From assembly GCF_032444005.1 (NCBI RefSeq), contig NC_091291.1, positions 25,110,001 to 25,174,000 of the forward strand: a stretch of DNA of 64,000 nucleotides, read 5' to 3'. The translations under genes and the position numbers were made by a program. Shown here piece by piece: positions 63,758-64,000 of the stretch. Numbering within the stretch: position 1 is the stretch's first letter; every line of letters begins with the position of its first letter. Below the pieces are notes generated by a model. That model ran no database searches. It was not told the DNA's origin and worked only from the letters and a program-made list of their open reading frames with translations. This stretch comes from Ranitomeya imitator. Its lineage: Eukaryota.

Positions 63758-64000
63758 CATCAGATTAATTGTTATACTTTTAATCAGATTCTAGCTGTTT
63801 TTCTGATACATAGCTTAGATTGGGTTTATCTACTGTAGTGATTGTGATATTGTTCCATTGCTCTTTTATTTTTTTTATTATTTAAAGTCCTTTTGTGCTG
63901 TGTTTATTCGCAAAAAAAAAATACAAATCTGCAGAAAATATGGACGATAAAATGCAGGTTGTTAAATTTGAAAGTGTCTGTCTCTGAAAGGGAAAATTAT

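Overview
This is eukaryotic, TE-rich vertebrate DNA, most likely from a frog; the species is inferred from the repeat families and not proven. Its core is a minus-strand tandem array of four intact 5-exon genes (A 1047-6518, B 26726-33448, C 39899-43827, D 60159-63092). They encode secreted two-domain three-finger (Ly6/uPAR) proteins of the gamma-type PLA2-inhibitor / PINLYP / sodefrin-precursor-like (SPF) class. An orphan but splice-competent terminal exon at 21279-21451 probably belongs to a fifth copy. The paralogs share signal exons and promoters but differ in cysteine pattern and C-terminus, and C vs D show a large excess of amino-acid changes. The rest is mobile DNA: two full-length chromodomain Ty3/gypsy elements with matching LTRs and an apparent Tf1/sushi-type self-priming PBS, two Tc1 elements, L2/CR1/Tx1 LINE fragments, Helitrons, and hAT, Harbinger and TTAA-type MITEs. 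Several hammerhead-ribozyme (HHR) motifs also occur: a roughly 305-nt tandem retrozyme-like unit at 47.8-48.2 kb, TSD-flanked Penelope-type palindromes, and a canonical minimal HHR in sense orientation upstream of gene D. All alignments and counts were done by eye.
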